Below, one piece after another: positions 1-8,116 of a stretch of DNA of 12,705 nucleotides. The stretch is from a virus (taxonomy: Duplodnaviria; Heunggongvirae; Uroviricota; Caudoviricetes). Position 1 is the stretch's first letter. The number at the start of each line of letters is the position of its first letter. Position numbers and translations under genes: made by a program. A model generated the notes under the pieces. It was not told the DNA's origin. It saw only the letters and a program-made list of their open reading frames with translations, and did no database searches. The stretch is taken from IMG/VR virus record IMGVR_UViG_2778261165_000008; one strand, written 5' to 3'.

Positions 1-73
1 CGCCCTGACTTTCCAGAACCATACGAACTGCCCGTTGACGGACCTCGGGGGAAAAACGTGTATTTTTAGTCAT
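1..73 (-). CDS. IS3-family transposase OrfA, N-terminal fragment (5' partial in window)
   Basis: ATG on the minus strand at 73..71 translates as MTKNTRFSPEVRQRAVRMVLESQG, the start of an IS3-family OrfA as I recall it for IS629. An AGAGG Shine-Dalgarno sits just upstream on the minus strand. The ORF runs off the window edge. Confidence 0.7.
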   Translation of the reverse strand, partial: MTKNTRFSPEVRQRAVRMVLESQG

Positions 74-127
74 CCTGTTTACCTCTTTCTCAGGGAGTTT
101 AGTCTCCAGGATTCCCGGGGCGGTTCA
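1..127 (-). mobile_element. Terminal part of an IS3-family insertion sequence (IS629/IS1203-like); element continues beyond the window start
   Basis: The minus strand read from 127 downward begins TGAACCGCCCCGGGAATCCTGGAGACTAAACTCCCTGAGAAAGAGGTAAACAGG and then ATG, which matches my recollection of the IS629 left inverted repeat and leader. The terminal inverted repeat is at about 103..127. Identification is from memory, not a search. Confidence 0.75.
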
Positions 128-1528
128 CAGAGAGCAGATGCCTTTTCAAAACAATATCAGACCCGGGAGCAGCAGAGAGCTAGTGAACTTGCAAAACTGG
201 AAAAGCTAAAGAATCAGTATTCAAAGGAAGAATATAATAATCTTATCGCTCAAATAAATGAGCGTTATAAAGATCCAAAGCAACCAAAGGCGAAAGGTTA
301 TTCTGATGATGCAGCCCAACGAATGATTGATCATCTGAATCAACAGAATGCGTTACTAAGTTCACAAGCTGAGTTGACCGTTAAATTAAGTTCCTCTGAA
401 CAGGAACTGGTTAAGTGGCGTCAGCGGATTGCCGACCTAGAGTCACGACCATCATCGAAATTAACCCAGGATCAGAAATCGCTTCTCTTACACCGGGAAG
501 AAATAACCGCGTTGATGGAGAAAAATGTTGCGATTGAAAAGAATAACAGGCTAATCAAGGAATCCGCCGAAATAACAGCATGGCGTGATTCATTGCAGGC
601 TTCGATTGATAATCGTCAGCAGGGGTATGATATTCAGATTGCTGGTTATGGGGTTGGCGATAAAAATCAGCAACGCCAGCAGGAATTACTGCGGATTGAA
701 CATGGATATAACAATCAGCGTCTGCAACTTGAACGTGACTATGCAGATAAATCCCGTGGAATGTCAGATCATGTTTTTCAAGAGAAAATGCAGGCTCTGA
801 ATGATGCTCTGGAACGGGAAAAAGAAATTGTCAGACAGAAAAACGAGCAGCTCGATATTCAGGCAGGAGACTGGGTTAGTGGTGCCTCCCAGGGATTCAA
901 TAACTGGCTGGATGACACTAAGGATATCAGTGAGCAGATAAAATCAACCACGACTCAGATGTTTGATGGGATGACCGATGCGCTGGGTGATTTTGTCACG
1001 ACAGGCAAGGCAAATTTTCGTTCTTTCGCTACTTCCGTGATTTCGGATCTTAGTCGAATGGCATTAAAGGCTTCAATTACTGGGATTTTCGACAGCATTA
1101 GTAACAGTTCTTCTGGGGGGATTTTAGGAACTATCGGGAGTGCTATTAGTAAATTTATTCCGAATGCAAAGGGCGGTGTTTATGAGTCTCCGTCATTGAG
1201 CACGTATTCGAACGGTATTTATGATTCCCCGCAATTTTTTGCTTTTGCAAAAGGGGCTGGTGTTTTTGGTGAGGCTGGACCGGAAGCCATTATGCCATTA
1301 ACACGAACTTCCGATGGTTCTCTTGGTGTCAGAGCTATTAATAGTAAAAGTGGTAATGGAGGCGGAGATATTACCTATGCCCCTGTATACCAAATCACTA
1401 TTCAAAATGACGGCCAGAATGGAGAGATTGGCCCTCAGGCAATAAAAGCACTTATGGGGATGGTTGATCAGCGGGTGCAGGGCAATCTGTTAAATATGCG
1501 ACGTGATGGGGGAATATTAAGTGGCTAA
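128..1528 (+). pseudogene. H: Tail tape measure protein (lambda gpH-like), 3' portion of about 466 codons, separated from its 5' part by the IS insertion
   Basis: The open frame 35..1528 has its first 31 codons inside the IS terminus, so they are IS antisense read-through and not gene sequence. From 128 on, the translation is coiled-coil rich and ends with a Gly-rich segment containing GGVYESPSLSTYSNG and FAKGAGVFGEAGPEAIMPL, which I recognise as the tape measure C-terminal region. It sits directly upstream of M as in lambda. Confidence 0.85.
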
Positions 1529-1859
1529 TACGGAAGAATTTCACTGGTTACCAGAGGATGGAATGAAAACAGAAAATAAACCATCGATAAAAACTGTAAG
1601 ATTTGGCGATGGTTATGAGCAACGAAGTCCAAATGGACTTAATCATTCTCTGCGCGTTTTCACCTGTGATTTCAAAGTTGAGGCGAATGAACGTGATTCA
1701 TTTGAAAAATTTTTAGCCCGGCATGAAGGCTATAAATCTTTTTTTTGGCGCCCGCCGGGTATTAACAGAAAAATCAGAGTGGTGTGTCGAACGTGGTCAG
1801 CGACAGAACATATCACCTATACCGATTTTTCGTGTCAGTTTGACGAAGTGGTGATCTGA
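1521..1859 (+). CDS. M: Minor tail protein M (lambda gpM family)
   Basis: 112 aa containing VRFGDGYEQRSPNGLN and FFWRPP, matching lambda gpM as I recall it. The GTG start at 1521 overlaps the H stop; the N-terminal FHW....GM appears to align with lambda FRW....GM, supporting the long start. An alternative ATG at 1563 has a GAGGA Shine-Dalgarno. The stop overlaps the L start (TGATG). Confidence 0.88.
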   Translation: MANTEEFHWLPEDGMKTENKPSIKTVRFGDGYEQRSPNGLNHSLRVFTCDFKVEANERDSFEKFLARHEGYKSFFWRPPGINRKIRVVCRTWSATEHITYTDFSCQFDEVVI

Positions 1860-2557
1860 TGCAGGACATACAACAGGAAACGCTGAATGAATGCATTCGT
1901 GCGGAGCAGTCGGCCAGCGTGGTGCTCTGGGAAATCGACCTGACCGAGGTAGGCGGGGATCGCTACTTTTTCTGTAATGAGCAGAACGAAAAAGGTGAGT
2001 CTGTCACCTGGCAGAGTCGGCAGTATCAGGCCTATCCCATTCAGGGGAGTGGATTTGAGATGAACGGCAAGGGCAGTGCTGCCCGTCCGACACTGACGGT
2101 CTCTAACCTGCACGGCATGATCACCGGGATGGCGGAAGATCTGCAGAGTCTGGTCGGCGGAACGGTGGTCCGGCGTAAGGTTTACGCCCGCTTTCTGGAT
2201 GCGGTGAACTTCGTCAACGGAAACAGCGAAGCCGATCCGGAGCAGGAGGTGATCAGCCGCTGGCGCATCGAGCAGTGCAGCGAACTGAGCGCGGTCAGTG
2301 CCTCTTTTGTACTGTCCACGCCGACTGAAACGGATGGCGCTGTTTTTCCGGGACGTATCATGCTGGCCAACACCTGCACCTGGACCTATCGCGGCGATGA
2401 GTGCGGTTATAGCGGTCCGGCGGTCGCGGATGAATATGACCAGCCGACGTCCGATATCACGAAGGATAAATGCAGCAAATGCCTGAGTGGCTGTAAGTTT
2501 CGCAATAATGTCGGCAACTTTGGCAGCTTCCTTTCCATTAACAAACTTTCGCAGTAA
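1859..2557 (+). CDS. L: Minor tail protein L (lambda gpL family), with C-terminal cysteine cluster
   Basis: 232 aa, the same length as lambda gpL. The ATG overlaps the M stop by 1 nt. The C-terminal region carries Cys residues (CTWTYRGDECGYSG, CSKCLSGCKF) consistent with the known Fe-S cluster of gpL. Confidence 0.9.
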   Translation: MQDIQQETLNECIRAEQSASVVLWEIDLTEVGGDRYFFCNEQNEKGESVTWQSRQYQAYPIQGSGFEMNGKGSAARPTLTVSNLHGMITGMAEDLQSLVGGTVVRRKVYARFLDAVNFVNGNSEADPEQEVISRWRIEQCSELSAVSASFVLSTPTETDGAVFPGRIMLANTCTWTYRGDECGYSGPAVADEYDQPTSDITKDKCSKCLSGCKFRNNVGNFGSFLSINKLSQ

Positions 2558-2562
2558 ATCCC

Positions 2563-3306
2563 ATGACAGAGACAGAATCAGCGATTCTGGCGCACGCCCG
2601 GCGATGTGCGCCAGCGGAGTCGTGCGGCTTCGTGGTGAGAACGCCGGAGGAGGAAAGATATTTTCCCTGCGTGAATATCTCCGGTGAGCCGGAGGAGTAT
2701 TTCCGGATGTCGCCGGAGGACTGGCTGAGTGCAGAAATGCAGGGAGAGATTGTGGCGCTGGTCCACAGCCACCCCGGTGGTCTGCCCTGGCTGAGTGAGG
2801 CCGACCGGCGGCTGCAGGTACAGAGTGATTTGCCGTGGTGGCTGGTCTGCCGGGGGGCGATTCATAAATTCCGCTGTGTGCCGCATCTCACCGGGCGGCG
2901 CTTTGAGCACGGGGTAACGGACTGTTACACGCTGTTCCGGGACGCTTACCATCTGGCGGGAATTGAGATGCCGGATTTTCATCGCGGGGATGACTGGTGG
3001 CGTAACGGTCAGAATCTCTATCTGGATAATCTGGAGGCCACAGGGCTGTATCAGGTGCCGTTGTCAGCGGCGCAGCCGGGCGATGTGCTGCTGTGCTGTT
3101 TTGGTTCATCGGTGCCGAATCATGCCGCCATTTACTGTGGTGACAGCGAGCTGCTGCACCATATTCCTGAACAACTGAGCAAACGAGAGAGGTACACCGA
3201 CAAATGGCAGCGACGCACACACTCCCTCTGGCGTCACCGGGCATGGCACGCATCTGCCTTTACGGGGATTTACAACGATTTGGCCGCCGCATCGACCTTC
3301 GAGTGA
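2563..3306 (+). CDS. K: Tail assembly protein K (JAB/MPN metalloprotease-like N-terminus plus NlpC/P60-like C-terminal domain)
   Basis: 247 aa. ALVHSHPGG with downstream S..D resembles the JAMM motif. A Cys (DCYTLF) and His (NHAAIYCG) pair resembles an NlpC/P60 catalytic core. The 3' end overlaps the I start by 103 nt in a different frame. Confidence 0.82.
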   Translation: MTETESAILAHARRCAPAESCGFVVRTPEEERYFPCVNISGEPEEYFRMSPEDWLSAEMQGEIVALVHSHPGGLPWLSEADRRLQVQSDLPWWLVCRGAIHKFRCVPHLTGRRFEHGVTDCYTLFRDAYHLAGIEMPDFHRGDDWWRNGQNLYLDNLEATGLYQVPLSAAQPGDVLLCCFGSSVPNHAAIYCGDSELLHHIPEQLSKRERYTDKWQRRTHSLWRHRAWHASAFTGIYNDLAAASTFE

Positions 3307-3845
3307 AAACGGGGTCCGAAGCCATCCGGGCGCTGGCCATGCAGATCCCGGCATTTCGTCAGAAACTGAGCGACGGCTGGTACCAGGTACGCATTGCCGG
3401 GCGTGATGCAGGTGAAACCGAATTGTCTGCCCGTCTTAATGAGCCGCTGGAAAATGGTGCCGTGATCCATATCGTGCCGCGTCTGGCAGGAGCCAAAAGT
3501 GGCGGTGTGTTTCAGGCTGTGCTGGGGGCGGCTGTTATGGCGGTTGCTATATGGATGCCGGGGGTAGGAATTATGGCGAGTAATCTGCTGTTTTCTCTCG
3601 GTGCCAGTATGACGCTTGGCGGTGTTGCACAGATGCTGGCCCCTAAACCCAAAACCCCCCGCACACAGACAACGGATAACGGCAAACAGAATACCTATTT
3701 TTCTTCACTGGATAACATGGTTGCTCAGGGCAATGTTCTGCCTGTTCTGTACGGTGAAATGCGTGTGGGGTCGCGGGTGGTTTCTCAGGAGATCAGCACG
3801 GCAGACGAAGGGGACGGTGGTCAGGTTGTGGTGATTGGTCGCTGA
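3204..3845 (+). CDS. I: Tail assembly protein I (lambda gpI family)
   Basis: 213 aa starting MAATHTLPLASPGMARICLYGDLQRFGRRIDLRVKTG, which matches lambda gpI as I recall it. It has a hydrophobic Gly/Ala-rich middle and the conserved C-terminus NGKQNTYFSSLDNMVAQGNVLPVLYGEMRVGSRVVSQEIS. A GAGAGAGG purine-rich stretch lies upstream of the ATG. Confidence 0.9.
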   Translation: MAATHTLPLASPGMARICLYGDLQRFGRRIDLRVKTGSEAIRALAMQIPAFRQKLSDGWYQVRIAGRDAGETELSARLNEPLENGAVIHIVPRLAGAKSGGVFQAVLGAAVMAVAIWMPGVGIMASNLLFSLGASMTLGGVAQMLAPKPKTPRTQTTDNGKQNTYFSSLDNMVAQGNVLPVLYGEMRVGSRVVSQEISTADEGDGGQVVVIGR

Positions 3846-3863
3846 TGCAAAATGTTTTATGTG

Positions 3864-3891
3864 AAACCGCCTCCGGGCGGTTTTGTCGTTT
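3864..3891 (+). terminator. GC-rich hairpin (8-bp stem AAACCGCC / GGCGGTTT, loop TCCG) followed by a T-rich tail, between I and J
   Basis: Inverted repeat read directly from the sequence at 3864..3883, followed by TGTCGTTT. It may be an attenuator or an mRNA-stability element rather than a full terminator. Confidence 0.3.
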
Positions 3892-3905
3892 ATGGAGCAT
3901 GACGA

Positions 3906-6900
3906 ATGGGTAAAGGCAGCAGTAAGGGGCATACCCCGCGCGAAGCGAAAGATAACCTGAAATCCACGCAGCTGTTGAGTGCGATTGATGCCATCAGCGA
4001 AGGGCCGATTGAAGGTCCGGTGGACGGATTAAAAAGCGTGCTGCTGAACAGTACGCCGGTGCTGGACAGTGAGGGGAATACCAATATATCCGGTGTCACG
4101 GTGGTGTTCCGGGCAGGTGAGCAGGAGCAGACACCGCCGGAGGGATTTGAATCCTCCGGCTCCGAGACGGTGCTGGGTACGGAAGTGAAATATGACACGC
4201 CGATCACCCGGACCATCACGTCGGCAAACATCGACCGTCTGCGCTTTACCTTCGGTGTGCAGGCACTGGTGGAAACCACCTCAAAGGGGGACCGGAATCC
4301 GTCGGAAGTCCGCCTGCTGGTTCAGATACAGCGTAACGGTGGCTGGGTGACGGAAAAAGACATCACCATTAAGGGCAAAACCACCTCGCAGTATCTGGCC
4401 TCGGTGGTGGTGGATAACCTGCCGCCGCGCCCGTTTAATATCCGGATGCGCAGGATGACGCCGGACAGCACCACAGACCAGCTGCAGAACAAAACGCTCT
4501 GGTCGTCATACACCGAAATCATCGATGTGAAACAGGGCTACCCGAACACGGCACTGGTCGGCGTGCAGGTGGACTCGGAGCAGTTCGGCAGCCAGCAGGT
4601 GAGCCGTAATTATCATCTGCGCGGGCGTATTCTGCAGGTGCCGTCGAACTATAACCCGCAGACGCGGCAATACAGCGGTATCTGGGACGGAACGTTTAAG
4701 CCAGCATACAGCAACAACATGGCCTGGTGTCTGTGGGATATGCTGACCCATCCGCGCTACGGCATGGGGAAACGTCTTGGTGCGGCGGATGTGGACAAAT
4801 GGGCGCTGTATGTCATCGGCCAGCATTGCGATCAGTCGGTGCCGGACGGTTTTGGCGGCACGGAGCCGCGCATCACCTGTAATGCGTACCTGACCACACA
4901 GCGCAAGGCGTGGGATGTGCTCAGTGATTTCTGCTCTGCGATGCGCTGTATGCCGGTATGGAACGGGCAGACGCTGACGTTCGTGCAGGACCGACCGTCG
5001 GATAAGGTGTGGACCTATAACCGCAGTAATGTGGTGATGCCGGATGATGGTGCGCCGTTCCGCTACAGCTTCAGCGCCCTGAAGGACCGCCATAATGCCG
5101 TTGAGGTGAACTGGATTGACCCGAATAACGGCTGGGAGACGGCGACAGAGCTTGTTGAAGATACGCAGGCCATTCTCCGTTACGGTCGTAACGTCACGAA
5201 AATGGATGCTTTTGGCTGTACCAGCCGGGGGCAGGCACACCGCGCCGGGCTGTGGCTGATTAAAACAGAACTGCTGGAAACGCAGACTGTGGACTTCAGC
5301 GTGGGCGCAGAAGGGCTTCGCCATGTGCCGGGCGATGTCATTGAAATCTGTGATGATGACTATGCGGGTATCAGCATCGGCGGGCGCGTGCTGGCGGTAA
5401 ACAGCCAGACCCGGACGCTGACGCTCGACCGTGAAATCACGCTGCCATCCTCCGGTACCACGCTGATAAGCCTGGTTGACGGAAGTGGCAATCCGGTCAG
5501 CGTGGAGGTTCAGTCCGTCACCGACGGCGTGAAGGTGAAAGTGAGCCGTGTTCCTGACGGTGTTGCTGAATACAGCGTGTGGGGGCTGAAGCTGCCGACG
5601 CTGCGCCAGCGCCTGTTCCGCTGCGTGAGTATCCGTGAGAACGACGACGGCATGTATGCCATCACCGCCGTGCAGCATGTACCGGAAAAAGAAGCCATCG
5701 TGGATAACGGGGCGCACTTTGACGGTGACCAGAGCGGCACGGTGAATGGTGTCACGCCGCCAGCGGTGCAGCACCTGACCGCCGAAGTCACCGCAGACAG
5801 CGGGGAATATCAGGTGCTGGCGCGCTGGGACACGCCGAAGGTGGTGAAGGGTGTGAGCTTCCTGCTCCGTCTGACCGTAACAGCGGATGACGGCAGTGAG
5901 CGGCTGGTCAGCACGGCCCGGACGACGGAAACCACATACCGCTTCAGGCAGCTGGCGCTGGGGCGTTACATGCTGACGGTCCGGGCGGTAAATGCGTGGG
6001 GACAGCAGGGCGATCCGACGTCGGTATCGTTCCGGATTGCCGCCCCGGCAGCGCCGTCGCGGATTGAGCTGACGCCGGGCTATTTTCAGATAACTGCCAC
6101 GCCGCATCTTGCGGTTTATGATCCGACGGTACAGTTTGAGTTCTGGTTCTCGGAAACGCGGATTGCGGATATCAGGCAGGTTGAAACCACAGCCCGCTAT
6201 CTTGGTACGGCGCTGTACTGGATAGCCGCCAGTATCAATATTAAGCCGGGCCATGATTATTATTTTTACGTTCGCAGTGTGAACACAGTCGGCAAATCGG
6301 CATTCGTGGAGGCTGTCGGTCGGGCGAGCGATGATGCGGAAGGTTACCTGGATTTTTTCAAAGGAGAAATCGGGAAAACACATCTGGCCCAGGAGCTGTG
6401 GACGCAGATTGATAACGGTCAGCTTGCGCCTGACCTGGCTGAAATCAGGACGTCCATTACGAATGTCAGCAATGAAATCACGCAGACCGTCAATAAAAAA
6501 CTGGAAAATCAGAGCGCGGCAATCCAGCAGATACAGAAAGTTCAGGTTGATACAAATAATAACCTGAACAGCATGTGGGCCGTGAAACTGCAGCAGATGA
6601 AGGACGGACGCCTTTATATTGCGGGTATCGGAGCCGGTATTGAGAATACGCCAGCAGGTATGCAGAGTCAGGTGCTTCTGGCTGCTGATCGGATTGCGAT
6701 GATTAATCCTGCGAATGGCAACACAAAGCCGATGTTTGTTGGTCAGGGCGATCAGATATTCATGAACGACGTGTTCCTGAAACGCCTGACGGCTCCGACC
6801 ATTACCAGCGGCGGTAATCCTCCTGCATTTTCCATGACACCGGACGGAAAGCTGACCGCTAAAAATGCAGATATCAGTGGCAGTGTGAATGCGAACGCCG

Positions 6901-7385
6901 GGACGCTCAACAACGTTACGATAAATGAGAACTGTCAGATTAAAGGGAAACTGTCAGCCAACCAGATTGAAGGCGATATTGTCAAAACAGTGGGTAAGGC
7001 TTTCCCGCGGGACTCCCGGGCACCGGAGCGGTGGCCATCAGGGACCATTACCGTCAGGATTTATGACGATCAGCCGTTTGACCGGCAGATTGTTATTCCG
7101 GCGGTGGCATTCAGCGGTGCTAAACATGAGAGAGAGCATACTGATATTTACTCCTCATGCCGCCTGATAGTGAAGAAAAATGGTGCTGAAATTTATAACC
7201 GTACCGCGCTGGATAATACGCTGATTTACAGTGGTGTTATTGATATGCCAGCTGGTCACGGCCACATGACGCTGGAGTTTTCGGTGTCAGCATGGCTGGT
7301 AAATGACTGGTATCCCACAGCAAGTATCAGCGATTTGCTGGTTGTGGTGATGAAGAAAGCCACCGCAGGCATCAGTATCAGCTGA
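3906..7385 (+). CDS. J: Tip attachment / host specificity protein J (central tail fibre, lambda gpJ family)
   Basis: 1159 aa. The N-terminus [25 protein letters not shown] and long stretches further in match lambda gpJ as I recall it. The C-terminal roughly 300 aa, the receptor-binding region in lambda, look clearly more divergent from my recollection of lambda J. Confidence 0.95.
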   Translation: MGKGSSKGHTPREAKDNLKSTQLLSAIDAISEGPIEGPVDGLKSVLLNSTPVLDSEGNTNISGVTVVFRAGEQEQTPPEGFESSGSETVLGTEVKYDTPITRTITSANIDRLRFTFGVQALVETTSKGDRNPSEVRLLVQIQRNGGWVTEKDITIKGKTTSQYLASVVVDNLPPRPFNIRMRRMTPDSTTDQLQNKTLWSSYTEIIDVKQGYPNTALVGVQVDSEQFGSQQVSRNYHLRGRILQVPSNYNPQTRQYSGIWDGTFKPAYSNNMAWCLWDMLTHPRYGMGKRLGAADVDKWALYVIGQHCDQSVPDGFGGTEPRITCNAYLTTQRKAWDVLSDFCSAMRCMPVWNGQTLTFVQDRPSDKVWTYNRSNVVMPDDGAPFRYSFSALKDRHNAVEVNWIDPNNGWETATELVEDTQAILRYGRNVTKMDAFGCTSRGQAHRAGLWLIKTELLETQTVDFSVGAEGLRHVPGDVIEICDDDYAGISIGGRVLAVNSQTRTLTLDREITLPSSGTTLISLVDGSGNPVSVEVQSVTDGVKVKVSRVPDGVAEYSVWGLKLPTLRQRLFRCVSIRENDDGMYAITAVQHVPEKEAIVDNGAHFDGDQSGTVNGVTPPAVQHLTAEVTADSGEYQVLARWDTPKVVKGVSFLLRLTVTADDGSERLVSTARTTETTYRFRQLALGRYMLTVRAVNAWGQQGDPTSVSFRIAAPAAPSRIELTPGYFQITATPHLAVYDPTVQFEFWFSETRIADIRQVETTARYLGTALYWIAASINIKPGHDYYFYVRSVNTVGKSAFVEAVGRASDDAEGYLDFFKGEIGKTHLAQELWTQIDNGQLAPDLAEIRTSITNVSNEITQTVNKKLENQSAAIQQIQKVQVDTNNNLNSMWAVKLQQMKDGRLYIAGIGAGIENTPAGMQSQVLLAADRIAMINPANGNTKPMFVGQGDQIFMNDVFLKRLTAPTITSGGNPPAFSMTPDGKLTAKNADISGSVNANAGTLNNVTINENCQIKGKLSANQIEGDIVKTVGKAFPRDSRAPERWPSGTITVRIYDDQPFDRQIVIPAVAFSGAKHEREHTDIYSSCRLIVKKNGAEIYNRTALDNTLIYSGVIDMPAGHGHMTLEFSVSAWLVNDWYPTASISDLLVVVMKKATAGISIS

Positions 7386-7403
7386 ATTTTATAACCCATA
7401 TAC

Positions 7404-7428
7404 GGGCGCCAGAAATGGCGCCTTTTTT
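7404..7428 (+). terminator. Rho-independent terminator downstream of J
   Basis: Palindromic GGCGCC stem (7405..7410 and 7417..7422) with loop AGAAAT, followed by TTTTTT at 7423..7428, 19 nt after the J stop. Confidence 0.6.
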
Positions 7429-7452
7429 ATTGCAGAAAAGCGAGAGGTAATT

Positions 7453-8052
7453 ATGCGTAAAGTTTGTGCAGCCATTTTGTCCGCAGCCATCTGTCTGGCC
7501 GTATCCGGTGCGCCTGCATGGGCGTCTGAGCAGCAGGCCACACTGAGCGCAGGGTATCTTCATGCCCGTACGAACGCTCCCGGCAGCGAAAATCTGAACG
7601 GGATTAACGTGAAATACCGTTATGAGTTTACGGACACGCTGGGGCTGATTACGTCATTCAGTTATGCCAACGCTGAAGATGAGCAAAAAACGCATTACAG
7701 CGATACCCGCTGGCATGAGGATTCCGTGCGTAATCGCTGGTTCAGCGTGATGGCGGGGCCGTCTGTGCGCGTGAATGAATGGTTCAGCGCGTATGCGATG
7801 GCGGGTATGGCTTACAGCCGTGTGTCGACTTTCTCCGGGGATTATATCCGCGTAACTGACAACAAGGGGAAAACGCACGATGTGCTGACCGGAAGTGATG
7901 ACGGTCGCCACAGCAACACGTCTCTGGCGTGGGGAGCTGGCGTGCAGTTTAACCCGACCGAATCCGTGGCCGTTGACGTCGCTTATGAAGGCTCCGGCAG
8001 CGGTGACTGGCGTACCAACAGTTTCATCGTTGGTGTCGGTTATAAATTCTGA
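7453..8052 (+). CDS. lom: Lom/Ail/PagC/OmpX-family outer membrane beta-barrel protein (lambda Lom-like moron)
   Basis: 199 aa with an N-terminal signal peptide (MRKVCAAILSAAICLAVSGAPAWA then SEQ). The body has alternating aromatic/hydrophobic beta-strand patterns and ends in a C-terminal Phe (GVGYKF), typical of outer-membrane barrels. It sits between J and stf as in lambda. A GAGAGG Shine-Dalgarno lies 5 nt upstream. Confidence 0.9.
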   Translation: MRKVCAAILSAAICLAVSGAPAWASEQQATLSAGYLHARTNAPGSENLNGINVKYRYEFTDTLGLITSFSYANAEDEQKTHYSDTRWHEDSVRNRWFSVMAGPSVRVNEWFSAYAMAGMAYSRVSTFSGDYIRVTDNKGKTHDVLTGSDDGRHSNTSLAWGAGVQFNPTESVAVDVAYEGSGSGDWRTNSFIVGVGYKF

Positions 8053-8078
8053 TTAGCCAGGTAACACAGTGTTATGAC

Positions 8079-8106
8079 AGCCCGCCGGTTCAGGCGGGCT
8101 TTTTTG
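8079..8106 (+). terminator. Rho-independent terminator downstream of lom
   Basis: Stem AGCCCGCC (8079..8086) pairing with GGCGGGCT (8093..8100), loop GGTTCA, followed by TTTTT at 8101..8105. Confidence 0.65.
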
Positions 8107-8116
8107 TGGGGGGAAT

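Noticed and set aside
35-127. First 31 codons of the 497-aa ORF 35..1528 (MTDLGGKTCIFSHPVYLFLREFSLQDSRGGS)
   Set aside because: These codons lie within the IS terminus and are antisense read-through of IS sequence, not part of the tape measure protein. The ATG at 35 is not a credible gene start.
585-2687. Small ORFs (61 to 92 aa) overlapping H, M and L on either strand
   Set aside because: All are nested in well-supported genes, are in alternate frames and have no recognisable features.
2578-3470. Minus-strand ORFs of 66 to 134 aa within K and I
   Set aside because: Short antisense frames in GC-rich coding sequence with no ribosome-binding sites or recognisable motifs. The + strand genes fully explain the region.
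4506-6383. 625-aa antisense ORF inside J
   Set aside because: It is fully contained in the J gene on the opposite strand. Its translation is Arg/His/Pro-rich with no recognisable domain, as expected for a GC-rich antisense frame.
7386-7452. Independent lom promoter
   Set aside because: Only about 22 nt lie between the terminator T-tract and the lom start codon, and I could not place a convincing -35/-10 pair. A promoter may overlap the end of J or the terminator, but I cannot support a call from the sequence alone.
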